Source: an uncultured Acidobacteriota bacterium (GTDB lineage: Bacteria; Acidobacteriota; UBA6911). From it: a stretch of 64,000 nt of DNA. The DNA lies in contig CAWEJX010000001.1 in the NCBI GenBank assembly GCA_963809485.1, forward strand, positions 32,001 to 96,000, given 5' to 3'. The notes beneath the pieces were generated by a model. It ran no database searches. It was not told the origin of the DNA and worked only from the letters and a program-made list of their open reading frames with translations. Below are positions 21,353 through 31,795 of the stretch, piece by piece (the first letter of the stretch is position 1; each line of letters starts with the position of its first letter). The translations under genes and the position numbers were made by a program.

Positions 21353-21543
21353 GTTCTTTCTCCTTGTTTCGTCCGTAACATCCTATAATACCCTCAACCG
21401 GCATTTCTCACGAGCTTTCTGCAGCGCGGGGCCCGCCGCCGGACAAGGCACTGATTTTGCCGGTGCCCGATAAGATCCAGGAACTCCAAACACTCAAAGT
21501 TTTGGAGATGTTGTACTAGAATGATTTATTCGAGGATGCGATC

Positions 21544-22929
21544 ATGACGTTTTCATTGAAGAATCCAAACCCTGCGGCCACCTATCATGCTGCCTTCCGA
21601 TGCATCAACGGCTGTCCGGGAGAATACCCGCTCAACGAAGTCATATACCAGTGCCCCAAATGCCAGGATCTGCTCGAAGTGGTTCATGATCCCGTCCCGC
21701 TGCGCATGACCGCGCCGGATGAATGGAAGGACATCTTCGACAGCCGGTTCATGCGCACATTCTGGCCTTACGGCTCCGGTGTATGGGGGAAGAAAGAATT
21801 CGTCTGCCCCGACATCCTCGATGAAAACGTCGTATCCACCTGTGAGGGAGGAAGCAACCTGTTCTGGGCCGAACAGCTCGGTTACCGGTGGGGACTGAAA
21901 GACCTGTGGGTCAAGCAGTGCGGCAACAGCCACAGCGGATCTTTCAAGGACCTTGGGATGACAGTGCTCGTCAGCATGGTCAAACAGATGCGTCACGAAG
22001 GGAAGAACATCCCCGCGGTGGCGTGCGCTTCGACCGGCGACACTTCTGCCTCGCTGGCGGCTTATTGTGCCACCGCCGGGATTCCGGCCATCGTTTTCCT
22101 TCCCAAAAACAAGATTTCCAGTGCACAGCTGGTCCAGCCGCTGGCGCATGGCGCCATCACGCTGGCGATCGACACGGATTTCGACGGCTGTATGGAAATT
22201 GTCAAACAGATAACCAGCCGCAACAATATTTACCTGGCGAATTCCATGAACTCGCTGCGCATCGAGGGGCAGAAAACCATCAGCTTCGAGTTGTGCCAGC
22301 AGTTCGACTGGTCCGTACCCGATCTTATCGTAATTCCGGGCGGCAACCTTGGGAATGTGAGCGCACTCGGACAGGGATTCCTGCTGATGAAGGCCGCCGG
22401 ATTGATCGACCGCCTTCCGCGCATCGTCTGCGCCCAGGCGGAGAACGCCAATCCTTTGTATATGAGTTATCTTCGCGGCTTCGAGGAATTCGAACCGGTG
22501 CAGGCCAAGCCGACCCTCGCGAGCGCCATTCAGATCGGTCACCCCGTAAGCGTAAAAAAAGCGATCCGGGTCCTGAAACAGTTCAGCGGGGCGGTTGAAC
22601 AGGCGACCGAGGAGGAACTGGCGGAGGCGGCCGCCGAGGCCGATTTAACCGGTTTGTACAATTGCCCGCATACGGGGGTGGCACTGGCCGCGCTGAAGAA
22701 GATGGTCCGGCGCGGTGAAGTCCAGCCGGAGCAGCGTGTGGTGGTCATCTCAACGGCGCATGGCCTGAAATTTACCAGTTTCAAGACCCGGTACCACGAA
22801 TCCCAATACCAGGGGATGCAGTGCCGCTTCGCCAATCCCCCGATTGAAGTGCCCGCACGGTACGATCAGGTCAGGGATGCACTTTTCCGCAGCCTGGAGG
22901 CCCGCAATGCCCAGTTTTCGAAGTCCTGA
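21544..22929 (+). CDS. thrC: Threonine synthase (fold type II)
   Basis: [13 protein letters not shown] lysine, [25 protein letters not shown]. Confidence 0.95.
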   Translation: MTFSLKNPNPAATYHAAFRCINGCPGEYPLNEVIYQCPKCQDLLEVVHDPVPLRMTAPDEWKDIFDSRFMRTFWPYGSGVWGKKEFVCPDILDENVVSTCEGGSNLFWAEQLGYRWGLKDLWVKQCGNSHSGSFKDLGMTVLVSMVKQMRHEGKNIPAVACASTGDTSASLAAYCATAGIPAIVFLPKNKISSAQLVQPLAHGAITLAIDTDFDGCMEIVKQITSRNNIYLANSMNSLRIEGQKTISFELCQQFDWSVPDLIVIPGGNLGNVSALGQGFLLMKAAGLIDRLPRIVCAQAENANPLYMSYLRGFEEFEPVQAKPTLASAIQIGHPVSVKKAIRVLKQFSGAVEQATEEELAEAAAEADLTGLYNCPHTGVALAALKKMVRRGEVQPEQRVVVISTAHGLKFTSFKTRYHESQYQGMQCRFANPPIEVPARYDQVRDALFRSLEARNAQFSKS

Positions 22930-23000
22930 AATGGCGCGAATGATAGGCCCGGGCGCGTGAACTGCCGCAATCCGGGACACAGGTCTCAGGAGAAACTAAA

Positions 23001-24077
23001 ATGCTAGTGATGATGAAATCGCACGCGACATCCGAAGAAATAGATGCCGTCTGCCGCAAAATAGAATCCCTGGGCTACAAAGCCCATCCAATCCCGGGAA
23101 TCACGCGTACCGCAATCGGCATCACCGGCAACCAGGGCCCCATCGAAGCCTCGTTGCTCGAATCTCTTCCAGGCGTGGGAGAATGCGTTCCGGTTTCCAA
23201 GCCCTACAAACTCGTCGGGCGGGAACTCAAAGAAGAAACGACCGTGATCGATCTTGGCGACGGCGTGTTAATCGGCGGAACGGAACTGGCGATCATTGCC
23301 GGCCCCTGTGCCGTGGAAAACCGCGACCAGGCTCGAACAATAGCAGCGAGGGTCTCGGCATCGGGGGCGCGTCTGTTCCGAGGCGGAGCATTCAAGCCGC
23401 GAACCTCGCCCTACAGTTTTCAGGGGCTGGCGGAGGAGGGGCTCGAGATTCTGGCCGAGGTCGGCAGGGACTTCGGCTTGAAAATTGTCACCGAGGCCAT
23501 AGATGTCGAAAGCGTCGAACTGGTGGAACGCTCGGCCGATATCATTCAGATTGGCGCTCGCAACATGCAGAATTTTTCGCTTCTGAGGCGGGTGGGCAAA
23601 TCGTATCGGCCGGTGCTCCTGAAGCGAGGTATCTCGGCAACCCTGGATGAACTTTTGATGGCTGCAGAATACATACTTTCAGAGGGGAACTATAGGGTGA
23701 TTCTGTGCGAGCGGGGAATCCGGACGTTCGCAGATCACACGCGCAATACATTAGATCTGAGCGTGATCCCGGCCGTACAGCGGCTGAGCCACCTGCCGAT
23801 TATCGTCGATCCCAGCCATGGCACCGGGCGCCGGGAAAAGGTCATTCCGCTTTCCCGCGCAGCGATCGCAGTAGGCGCAGATGGATTGATAGTCGAGGTT
23901 CACCACCAGCCGGAGTTGGCCCTCTCGGACGGGAACCAATCCATACATCCATCCGAGTTCAGCCAGTTGATGAATGAGATCCGCCAGATAGCCGGGGTGC
24001 TTGGCCGAACCGTCGCGCCGGGTCGCGATACACCCGTCCAGGACGATCCGCTAGCCAGGCATGGGCTGCGCCCTTGA
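23001..24077 (+). CDS. aroF: DAHP synthase, type I-beta with N-terminal regulatory domain
   Basis: [44 protein letters not shown]. Confidence 0.95.
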   Translation: MLVMMKSHATSEEIDAVCRKIESLGYKAHPIPGITRTAIGITGNQGPIEASLLESLPGVGECVPVSKPYKLVGRELKEETTVIDLGDGVLIGGTELAIIAGPCAVENRDQARTIAARVSASGARLFRGGAFKPRTSPYSFQGLAEEGLEILAEVGRDFGLKIVTEAIDVESVELVERSADIIQIGARNMQNFSLLRRVGKSYRPVLLKRGISATLDELLMAAEYILSEGNYRVILCERGIRTFADHTRNTLDLSVIPAVQRLSHLPIIVDPSHGTGRREKVIPLSRAAIAVGADGLIVEVHHQPELALSDGNQSIHPSEFSQLMNEIRQIAGVLGRTVAPGRDTPVQDDPLARHGLRP

Positions 24078-24143
24078 CGCGAATGGAATTCTCGTAACAT
24101 CGGGAATGACGGTTTAATCCGAAGACAGGCACGGAGGCTAATC

Positions 24144-25043
24144 GTGCAAGTCGGCATAACAGGCTCGACCGGCCTCATCGGCTCCCAATTGAACTCCTAC
24201 CTGACCGGCAAGGGGCATCAGGTTCTCCGTATTACTCGCAAAACTCCGGCAGGCCCCGGCGAAATAAGCTGGGATCCGTCTTCAGGCAGACTGGATAGCG
24301 CGGCGCTTGAAGGCGTCGATGCGGTATTCCATCTGGCAGGCGAAAACATCGCGAGCGGCAGGTGGACATCCGAAAGGAAGCGCCGCATTCGCGAGAGCCG
24401 CATTCAGGGAACCCGCTTGCTCGCCCAGGCACTGGCACATCTTCCCGATCCGCCCAAAGTGCTGGTCAGCGTTTCCGCCGTCGGCTACTACGGAGACCGA
24501 GGGGACGCGCAGCTGGCGGAAGATAGCGGGCCGGGCACAGGATTTTTGGCGGATTTGTGCCGCGAGTGGGAAAGCGCCACGGAACCTGCATCCCGGAGAG
24601 GAATCCGCGTGGTCATGCCCCGGCTCGGAACGGTATTGAGTCCGGCGGGAGGAGCCCTTGCCCTGATGCTGCCTGTTTTCCGGCTTGGGATTGGAGGCCG
24701 AATCGGCAGCGGAAGTCAATTCATGAGCTGGATCGCCATGGAGGACCTTCTGGGAGTTTTGTATCATTCGATCGATAGCGAATCGCTGCGGGGTCCCGTC
24801 AATGCCGTCTCGCCCAATCCGGTCACAAACCTGGTGCTATCCAAAACGCTGGGACGCGTGCTCTCGCGGCCCGTAATCTTTGCGCTGCCGGCTTTTGCGG
24901 CGCGCATTATATTTGGAGAAATGGCCGATGAGGCGCTTCTCGCAAGCGCCAGGGTGTCGCCGGTGAAGCTCATTGCTTCGGGTTTTCAGTTCGGGTATCC
25001 CGAACTGGAACCTGCCCTGCGACGGGCATTAAAAGGGCCGTAA
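24144..25043 (+). CDS. TIGR01777 family NAD-dependent epimerase/oxidoreductase (YfcH-like)
   Basis: ITGSTGLIG, HLAGENIA..RWT, SAVGYYG, GSGSQFMSWI, GPVNAVSP. Confidence 0.92.
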   Translation: MQVGITGSTGLIGSQLNSYLTGKGHQVLRITRKTPAGPGEISWDPSSGRLDSAALEGVDAVFHLAGENIASGRWTSERKRRIRESRIQGTRLLAQALAHLPDPPKVLVSVSAVGYYGDRGDAQLAEDSGPGTGFLADLCREWESATEPASRRGIRVVMPRLGTVLSPAGGALALMLPVFRLGIGGRIGSGSQFMSWIAMEDLLGVLYHSIDSESLRGPVNAVSPNPVTNLVLSKTLGRVLSRPVIFALPAFAARIIFGEMADEALLASARVSPVKLIASGFQFGYPELEPALRRALKGP

Positions 25044-25073
25044 GGCGGCATATCTTCGTGCAGGGCACGAAGC

Positions 25074-25742
25074 TTGGCCCGGCAATGCGAAATGCGCACA
25101 GGATTACGCGTAAAAACATCAATCCCCAATGCAAGTCTTCTTTTTGACCCGGAGGGCCTCGGTCTTGAAGAGTATCCACGGGAGTTCTTCCGCCGTGATA
25201 CCGTGAACGTAGCCCGCGAGATCATCGGTGCGTGGTTTGCCCGGCGATACCGCGGCCGCTGGTACGGTGGACGCATTGTTGAAACCGAGGCTTATCTGGG
25301 CAGCTCCGATGCTGCCGCACACACATGGCGCGGGCGACGTACCCCCCGGGTTGAACCGATGTACCTGGACGGCGGGCACCTTTACGTCTTTTTGGTATAC
25401 GGGATGCATTATTGCGCCAATATCGTCACGCAACCGGCCGGTGTCGCTGAAGCAGTCCTGCTGAGGGCAGCCGAGGGGCCGGCGGGAACCCCTTCCAGGC
25501 TTATGAGCGGGCCCGGCAAGCTCTGTGCCGCTCTGGGTATTACCGCGGTCTCGAGCGGCGAGGACCTGTTGTCGAACGGCGGTCTGCGTCTATTCCATGT
25601 CGATGGAAGCCGGACCGATATCGGGGTATCCAGGCGTATCGGCGTGGATTATGCAGGGGACGCGGCACACTGGCCGCTGCGCTTTTTCGACAGGCGTTCA
25701 CCGGCAATTTCCGGATCATCCCGGCTTAAATCAAGCCTTTAG
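25074..25742 (+). CDS. 3-methyladenine DNA glycosylase (MPG/AAG family)
   Basis: GRIVETEAYLG..D.AAH, YVFLVYGMHYCAN, AVLLRA, GPGKLC.ALGI, RIGV; exact start uncertain. Confidence 0.92.
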   Translation: MARQCEMRTGLRVKTSIPNASLLFDPEGLGLEEYPREFFRRDTVNVAREIIGAWFARRYRGRWYGGRIVETEAYLGSSDAAAHTWRGRRTPRVEPMYLDGGHLYVFLVYGMHYCANIVTQPAGVAEAVLLRAAEGPAGTPSRLMSGPGKLCAALGITAVSSGEDLLSNGGLRLFHVDGSRTDIGVSRRIGVDYAGDAAHWPLRFFDRRSPAISGSSRLKSSL

Positions 25743-25777
25743 CTCCAGGCTTCGAAATCGGCATCGAGGCCGGGGGT

Positions 25778-26221
25778 TCAAATTTTGTAGCCTTTGCCCC
25801 CGGCTTTTTCGAAAATGGACTCGAGTTCCTCGATCAAGTCCGGTGCACTGCGGAAGCCCATAATGCGGTCCACTTCCTCTCCGGATGAATCGAGAATTAT
25901 GATAGTGGGATATCCATCGACATTGAACCCATTCACCAGGCGGTCTCCCTGGGAATCCGTGTCCGTAAACACTCTTACGAACACCTGCTTGCGGGAAAGT
26001 TCGATAAATTTCTGATCGGAATAGACCTCACGGGTCATTCTTCGGCAGTGCGGTCACCAGCTTGCAGACAAGTCCAGCACGATGAACTTCTTTTCCCTCT
26101 CCGCCTGCTTCAATGCGGCATTGAAGTCTTTTACCCAGGCAACCTGTGCAAGTGAGACTACGGGAGAAATAAGAAAAGCTGCCAAAACGATGCCGGGAAA
26201 AAATGCTTTTCGATAAGTCAT
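25778..26221 (-). CDS. Exported thioredoxin-fold selenoprotein, UxxC motif (in-frame UGA at 26054-26056)
   Basis: Manual translation: MTYRKAFFPGIVLAAFLISPVVSLA-QVAWVKDFNAALKQAEREKKFIVLDLSASW-U-PHCRRMTREVY...GYPTIIILDSSGEEVDRIMGF; UGA sits at the first Cys of WCxxC; 147 aa. Confidence 0.88.
26019..26040 (-). promoter_or_regulatory. Putative bacterial SECIS hairpin
   Basis: mRNA GAAUGACC-CGUGA-GGUCUAUUC; the loop begins about 22 nt after the UGA with GU at loop positions 2-3, matching the bacterial SECIS pattern. Confidence 0.7.
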
Positions 26222-26393
26222 ATTTGGTTACAGACCCCTTTCCCAATAATCAGAGTAATCTATCGCGGAGGGATGCGGAAGCGCGATTCGATAAATACCG
26301 GTTCCCATCATCCCCAAAAATTCTGTTTCGCTCCGGATTGCTTCGCTTCAGCTCCTCCGCCTTCCGGATGTAAAAACCGGTTCCTGTCCGGCA

Positions 26394-29087
26394 TCAGAAA
26401 CCGCCAGGCAAGGGATGCAGCGGATCCGGTTTGTCGGGATCCAATCCAAGATCCCTGATGGCTCCGGCGACCTCTCGCGCCGGGATCCTCCCTTCCAAGG
26501 ACAGCGCCTGCAGGGCTGCAACGGCTATGCTTTCCGCATCCACTTCAAAAAAACGCCGCAACGACTCGCGCGTGTCGCTGCGGCCGAATCCATCGGTCCC
26601 CAGGGTGACATAGCGAGGACTTACCCAGGGCCGAATCAGGTCAGGCACCGTCTTAATGAAATCGGTGGCTGCGACTATGGGCCCCGGCACGCCTTTGAGG
26701 CACTCGACAACATAAGGCACGCGAGGATCCGATTCGGGATGCAGTCTGTTCCAACGGTCCGCCGATAAAGCTTCATCCCGCAGCTGCTGATAGCTCGTGG
26801 CGCTCCACACATCAGAGGAAATCCCGAATCGCTCAGCGAGAAGGTTTTGGGCCTGCAGGACACACTGCATGATCGAGCCGCTGCCGAACAGCTGCACATG
26901 ATGCTTCAGTTTTGCCGGAGCCCGACGGAAGAGATACAGGCCCTTTAAAATGCCCTCCTCCATATCTTCGGGCATCGGCGGATGCAAAATGTTTTCGTTG
27001 TACAGGGTGATGTAATAAAAAACATCCTCGCCTTTCCGGTACATGCGATGGAGCCCGTTCTTCACGATCATGGCCACTTCGTACGCAAAGGCCGGATCGT
27101 AGGAAACGACGTTCGGGATGACCGAAGCAAGGACATGACTGTGTCCGTCCTGGTGTTGCAGGCCCTCCCCGTTCAGAGTGGTTCTGCCCGCCGTCGCTCC
27201 CATGGCGAATCCGCGTCCCCGCGCGTCTCCAAAAGCCCAGAAGAGATCGCCCGTGCGCTGAAATCCGAACATCGAATAGAAGAGGTAGAAAGGGATTGCG
27301 AATTCCCCGTGGGTGGCATAAGTAGTCCCCGCTGCTGTGAAGCTGGCTGTGCTGCCGGCTTCCGTGATCCCTTCTTCCAGAATCTGACCTTCCTTCGATT
27401 CGTGGTACGTAAGGAGCATGCCGGCGTCCACCGATTCATAGAGCTGGCCCACGGAAGAATAGATCCCGAATTCGCGGAACATGGAGTCCATTCCAAAAGT
27501 TCTGGCTTCATCCGGAATAATGGGCACGATGCGCCGGCCGATCTCCTTGTCGCGCATCAACTGCCGTAGCAGGCGGACGAATGCCATGGTCGTCGAAACT
27601 TCGCGGCTTTTCCCGGTCCCGGACTTGAATTCGTCGTACAGATCGGGCTGGGGTAATTCGAGCGGCTTGCTGCGCACGATGCGCCGGGGCAGGAATCCAC
27701 CCAGCGAGCGCCGCCGCTCCAGAAGATACCGGACCTCCGGGCTTCCGGCACCCGGATGATAGTAGGGAGCAGATTCCAACTGATTATCGGCAATAGGCAG
27801 TTCGAGCAGGTTGCGAAAATCGCGCAGTTGATCCAGATTCATCTTCTTCAGCTGATGAGCGACGTTTTTGCCAAGAAATCCCTCGCCCAGAGCCCAGCCT
27901 TTTACGGTTTTGGCCAGAATGACTGTCGGCGAGCCTTTGTGATCCGTGGCCAGCTTGTAAGCGGCGTAAAGCTTTCTATAATCGTGTCCGCCTCGCCGCA
28001 AGGTCTGCAAATCCTTATCGCTGAGATGCTCCACCATCCTGCGCAGCCGGGGATCCGGCCCGAAAAAATGCTCGCGAATATAATCTCCTTTGGCTGTCGC
28101 ATACTTCTGGTAGGCGCCGTCCACCGTTTCGTTCATTTTTTCCAGAAGCACTCCGTCCACATCCCTGCTGATCAGAGAGTCCCATTCCCGTCCCCAAATG
28201 ACCTTGATGACGTTCCATCCCGCGCCGCGAAAGACCATTTCCAGTTCCTGGATAATCTTGCCATTGCCTCGCACAGGCCCATCCAGCCTCTGAAGATTGC
28301 AGTTCACAACGAAAACGAGATTGTCCAGCCGTTCCCGCGAGGCTAGAAAAAGGGCACCCAGAGTTTCCGGTTCATCACACTCTCCATCACCGAGGAAGCA
28401 CCATACCCGTGAGTTTTCCGTGTTGGCGATCTTGCGCGCCTGGAGATAACGATTGAATCGAGCCTGATAAATTGCGGTGAGAGGCCCGAGCCCCATGGAA
28501 ACGGTTGGGAATTCCCAGAAGTCGGGCATCAGTCGAGGATGCGGATAGGAAGACAGCCCCGAGCCCGCGACCGATTCCCGGCGGAAACCATCCAGTTGAG
28601 CCTCGGTTATGCGTCCCTCTAGAAAAGCTCTCGCATAGATGCCGGGCGACGCGTGTCCCTGAAAGTAAATCTGGTCCCCCGATGTCCCGTCGTCTTTGCC
28701 TCGGAAGAAATGATTAAATCCGATTTCATAAAGAGAGGCTGATGAAGCATAGGTTGAGATGTGGCCGCCGATACCGTCGACATGCTTGTTGGCCCTCGTA
28801 ACCATGGCCACAGCATTCCAGCGCACAATCCTCCGTATCCTCTTCTCCATTTGCTCGTCGCCCGGGAAAGGAGGTTCCTGCTCGGGAGAAATGGTGTTGA
28901 TGTAGGGAGTGCTGACAAGGTCCGGCACGTCAATGTCAAGCGCCCGAGCCCGTTGCAGCAATATGCGCAGCAGGGAACGCGCCCTGCCCATTCCCCGGTC
29001 GCGGACCACGGACTGCAGGGAATCGATCCATTCCTGTGTCTCGGCCGGATCTGCATCCGGTAACTGCTGGTTGGTATTCTTTAACAT
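26394..29087 (-). CDS. aceE: Pyruvate dehydrogenase E1 component, homodimeric type
   Basis: GGHISTYAS, QGHASPGIYARA, FPTVSMGLG, GDGECDE, GEGLQHQDG, LGTDGFGRSD. Confidence 0.97.
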   Translation of the reverse strand: MLKNTNQQLPDADPAETQEWIDSLQSVVRDRGMGRARSLLRILLQRARALDIDVPDLVSTPYINTISPEQEPPFPGDEQMEKRIRRIVRWNAVAMVTRANKHVDGIGGHISTYASSASLYEIGFNHFFRGKDDGTSGDQIYFQGHASPGIYARAFLEGRITEAQLDGFRRESVAGSGLSSYPHPRLMPDFWEFPTVSMGLGPLTAIYQARFNRYLQARKIANTENSRVWCFLGDGECDEPETLGALFLASRERLDNLVFVVNCNLQRLDGPVRGNGKIIQELEMVFRGAGWNVIKVIWGREWDSLISRDVDGVLLEKMNETVDGAYQKYATAKGDYIREHFFGPDPRLRRMVEHLSDKDLQTLRRGGHDYRKLYAAYKLATDHKGSPTVILAKTVKGWALGEGFLGKNVAHQLKKMNLDQLRDFRNLLELPIADNQLESAPYYHPGAGSPEVRYLLERRRSLGGFLPRRIVRSKPLELPQPDLYDEFKSGTGKSREVSTTMAFVRLLRQLMRDKEIGRRIVPIIPDEARTFGMDSMFREFGIYSSVGQLYESVDAGMLLTYHESKEGQILEEGITEAGSTASFTAAGTTYATHGEFAIPFYLFYSMFGFQRTGDLFWAFGDARGRGFAMGATAGRTTLNGEGLQHQDGHSHVLASVIPNVVSYDPAFAYEVAMIVKNGLHRMYRKGEDVFYYITLYNENILHPPMPEDMEEGILKGLYLFRRAPAKLKHHVQLFGSGSIMQCVLQAQNLLAERFGISSDVWSATSYQQLRDEALSADRWNRLHPESDPRVPYVVECLKGVPGPIVAATDFIKTVPDLIRPWVSPRYVTLGTDGFGRSDTRESLRRFFEVDAESIAVAALQALSLEGRIPAREVAGAIRDLGLDPDKPDPLHPLPGGF

Positions 29088-29319
29088 GCTAACCGCCTTC
29101 TGTCCTTCAAAGTTATATGTTAGGGGAAAGCAGATCCGCTTCCAAGCTGAACCGAATCAACTTTGTACCCTCGCATATCTGAATCCGGGCATGCCCATTT
29201 CTGATTCCGAGGGATCGGAAGCCATGATTCAGGGAATATTTCCCCGATTCAACAATCAGGCTGTTTGATGATATCATACTAAGTGTTTTGATTATAACCA
29301 GATAGCGATTTGCAGGAGT

Positions 29320-29335
29320 TGGCATGGCGTTTGCA
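29320..29335 (+). promoter_or_regulatory. sigma54 promoter (TGGCAT-N5-TTGCA) upstream of the OmpA gene
   Basis: TGGCATGGCGTTTGCA has exact GG-N10-GC spacing and ends about 90 nt before the ATG at 29423. Confidence 0.78.
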
Positions 29336-29422
29336 ATAGTAGAAGGCCATAAAGACCTGACTAACGCTTACCTCATGCGGCGGAAGACAGGTAAGAATTC
29401 TTATGATGAATAAGGAGGAAAT

Positions 29423-30514
29423 ATGAGGAGACTTCAGAATAGCCGTTTGGTGCCTGCCCTGCTCGTCGCTTTGGTTCTTTCGCTGGCTGCTATCGGTTGG
29501 GCGCAGGGAGCCAATACCTCTGCGCAAAGCCTGGCTACGGCCGGCAACGTGCCGGTTGCGGCCGGCCAGAAGCTTGAAATCGAGGGGACTGTTCAGGATT
29601 TGCAGGGCGATATCCTGACCGTGCGCAGCCCCGGGGGCGGGACGTACAACGTGTCGTTGTCCGCTGACATCGAAATCAAGGAGAAGAAAAAGAATATATT
29701 CCGCGGAGCCAAAAAATACACCCGGAAGGATCTTATTCAGGGGCTCTATGTGGAAGTTAAGGGAGTGGGCGAAAGCTCCGGAACAATCGCTGCCAAGGAG
29801 GTCCGGCTGAGAAATGACGATTACCTAGTTGCGCAAACGATGGACACGCGGGTTGTGCCTGTGGAAAAAGAGCTGAAGGCAACCCAGAACCGTCTGAGTG
29901 AAACGGAACAGAACGCCCAGCGGCTTTCCGGCCAGATCCAGGAAGTATCGGCCATATCGAATGCCGCCCGTGATAACGCAAAAACAGCGCAGACTTCAGC
30001 GGATACCGCGATGGCTGCTGCGAATAATGCGCAATCTTCAGCCGACGGCGCGAAGGCCGGCGTCCAGACTACGAACGAACGAATCACGTCCCTGGACGAA
30101 TACAGCATAAAGAACATCACGACGGTGCACTTCAAAGCTGGCAGCGCTATCATTTCGCAGGAAGATCAAGCACAACTGGACGGAATCGCCGAACAGGCTA
30201 AAGCCGAAAAGGGATTCCTGATCGAGGTGGCCGGCTTCGCCTCGTCCGATGGCGATGTGGAGCAGAACCGCCGGTTGAGCCGTAAACGCGCCGATGCGGT
30301 GATTCAATTCCTGGCCGAAAACCACGGCATACCGCTCCGCCGGTTCGTTGTGCCCATGGGCTATGGAGAAAGCCAGCCCGTAGGGGACAACGATACGCGC
30401 GACGGCCGTAAAGAAAATCGCCGGGTCGAGGTACGCATCCTCGTGAGCAAAGGGCTGGTTTCGGCACCGGGCTCCACGAGCTCTGACACAACTGCGACCA
30501 ATCGGCAGCAGTAG
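29423..30514 (+). CDS. OmpA family peptidoglycan-binding protein with N-terminal OB-like domain and coiled coil
   Basis: Signal peptide; C-terminal VHFKAGS, NRRLSRKRADAV, GYGESQP, NRRVEV; AGGAGG RBS. Confidence 0.92.
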   Translation: MRRLQNSRLVPALLVALVLSLAAIGWAQGANTSAQSLATAGNVPVAAGQKLEIEGTVQDLQGDILTVRSPGGGTYNVSLSADIEIKEKKKNIFRGAKKYTRKDLIQGLYVEVKGVGESSGTIAAKEVRLRNDDYLVAQTMDTRVVPVEKELKATQNRLSETEQNAQRLSGQIQEVSAISNAARDNAKTAQTSADTAMAAANNAQSSADGAKAGVQTTNERITSLDEYSIKNITTVHFKAGSAIISQEDQAQLDGIAEQAKAEKGFLIEVAGFASSDGDVEQNRRLSRKRADAVIQFLAENHGIPLRRFVVPMGYGESQPVGDNDTRDGRKENRRVEVRILVSKGLVSAPGSTSSDTTATNRQQ

Positions 30515-31530
30515 TGATATATCCCGGATCGGTCCACGGATATATGCGGATGACGGCATTGATCAAGCGAATATCTGCATACGCCTGTGGACTGATCCTT
30601 TTTTCAGGCATCCTCCAAAATCTGCAGGCTCAATGGAGCTCTGCACGGTCCTCCGGTGATTCTTCAGCTTTTGAGGTTCAGGTCCCCAACGTCATTCGCG
30701 TCAGCACAAATCTCGTGACGGTGCCCGTTTCCGTTACGGATGCGGCCGGTCACCCTGTGAGCAACCTCGTTCCGGGCGATTTCCGAATCGAGGAAGATGG
30801 GGATTTCGAAGTCCTTGCAAAGGTGGCTGAAGCGGGACAATCTCCTTTAAACCTTGCGCTGCTTTTTGATCTCTCCGGGAGCGTCAATCCCCGATTCGAA
30901 TTCGAGCAGCAGGCGGCCATCCGCTTTTTGGAAAAAGTTTGGAAGCCGGGAGACACCGTATCCATTGTATCATTCAGTGATCAGCCGCGGATACGCCTGC
31001 AAGCCTCAAACTCCCTGCCCGAAGCTCTGCGAAAATTGATGGGGCTTGAGCCCACCAAAAGCATGACGGCTTTCTTTGACACGGTTGTTTTATGCGCAAA
31101 TATGCTGCGCCAGTCGGCAACGCCGGAAACGCGTCAGTCTCAGATTGCCCTGTCGGACGGTGAGGATAACGGAAGCCGCTACAATCTCATGGAGGCGGCC
31201 ATGGAGGTGCAGCGTTCCGACACCATTTTCTATTCCATAAATCCGGCCGGGGCATCCGTCAGGCTGAATGAAATCAGCCGCAAAGGGCAGGGCAACCTTG
31301 AGTCCCTGGGGGCGGAAACGGGCGGCTCAGCCTTTGTATCCGACAAAGCCGGCGATCTCGATGATATTTTCAGCCGCATAGCCACAGAACTCCGGGCTCA
31401 ATACCTGCTGAGCTATTATTCCTCAAATTCCCGTCCGGACGGAAAATTCCGGCGCATCACCGTATCTCTCCCGAGAAAACCGGAACTTCGCGTCCGCGCC
31501 CGGCAGGGCTACTACGCCGTCCGCAAGTAA
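30514..31530 (+). CDS. VWA domain protein (Acidobacterial VWFA-related type)
   Basis: IRVSTNLVTVPVSVTD, MIDAS DLSGS, SDGEDN, ETGG, ELRAQYLLSY, DGKFRRI, RARQGYY; start uncertain. Confidence 0.9.
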   Translation: MIYPGSVHGYMRMTALIKRISAYACGLILFSGILQNLQAQWSSARSSGDSSAFEVQVPNVIRVSTNLVTVPVSVTDAAGHPVSNLVPGDFRIEEDGDFEVLAKVAEAGQSPLNLALLFDLSGSVNPRFEFEQQAAIRFLEKVWKPGDTVSIVSFSDQPRIRLQASNSLPEALRKLMGLEPTKSMTAFFDTVVLCANMLRQSATPETRQSQIALSDGEDNGSRYNLMEAAMEVQRSDTIFYSINPAGASVRLNEISRKGQGNLESLGAETGGSAFVSDKAGDLDDIFSRIATELRAQYLLSYYSSNSRPDGKFRRITVSLPRKPELRVRARQGYYAVRK

Positions 31531-31600
31531 ACTGCCATTCCGCTCTAAGAGAACTATTGCCCAAAATCCAGTTGGCGGTATCAGAGAGGTTGTGGATTAA

Positions 31601-31684
31601 AAGCAGCCTGAAGCAAGGACTCAGAAGCTGGAAGCCAGGATTTTGCATGCTGCCATCCGATTTCGGCTCCTGCTTCCGGCTGCC
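31601..31684. repeat. Degenerate heptamer inverted arms (CAGAAGC/TGGAAGC ... GCTTCCG-type)
   Basis: aagcagc ctgaagc aaggact cagaagc tggaagc cagga ... tcggctcctgcttccggctgcc. Confidence 0.55.
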
Positions 31685-31795
31685 TTTTTTCCCTATCGCC
31701 ACAATACAACTCCAATCCTGCAGGAGGCATCCGGGGTAAAGATCCGATCGTCAAAACATCTTGTGCTTTTCACCGTGCGCGATAGTATGAGAACC

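Noticed and set aside
26325-26370. GGATTGCTTCGCTTC REP-like fragment between aceE and the thioredoxin gene
   Set aside because: No complete palindrome or second copy found in the window.
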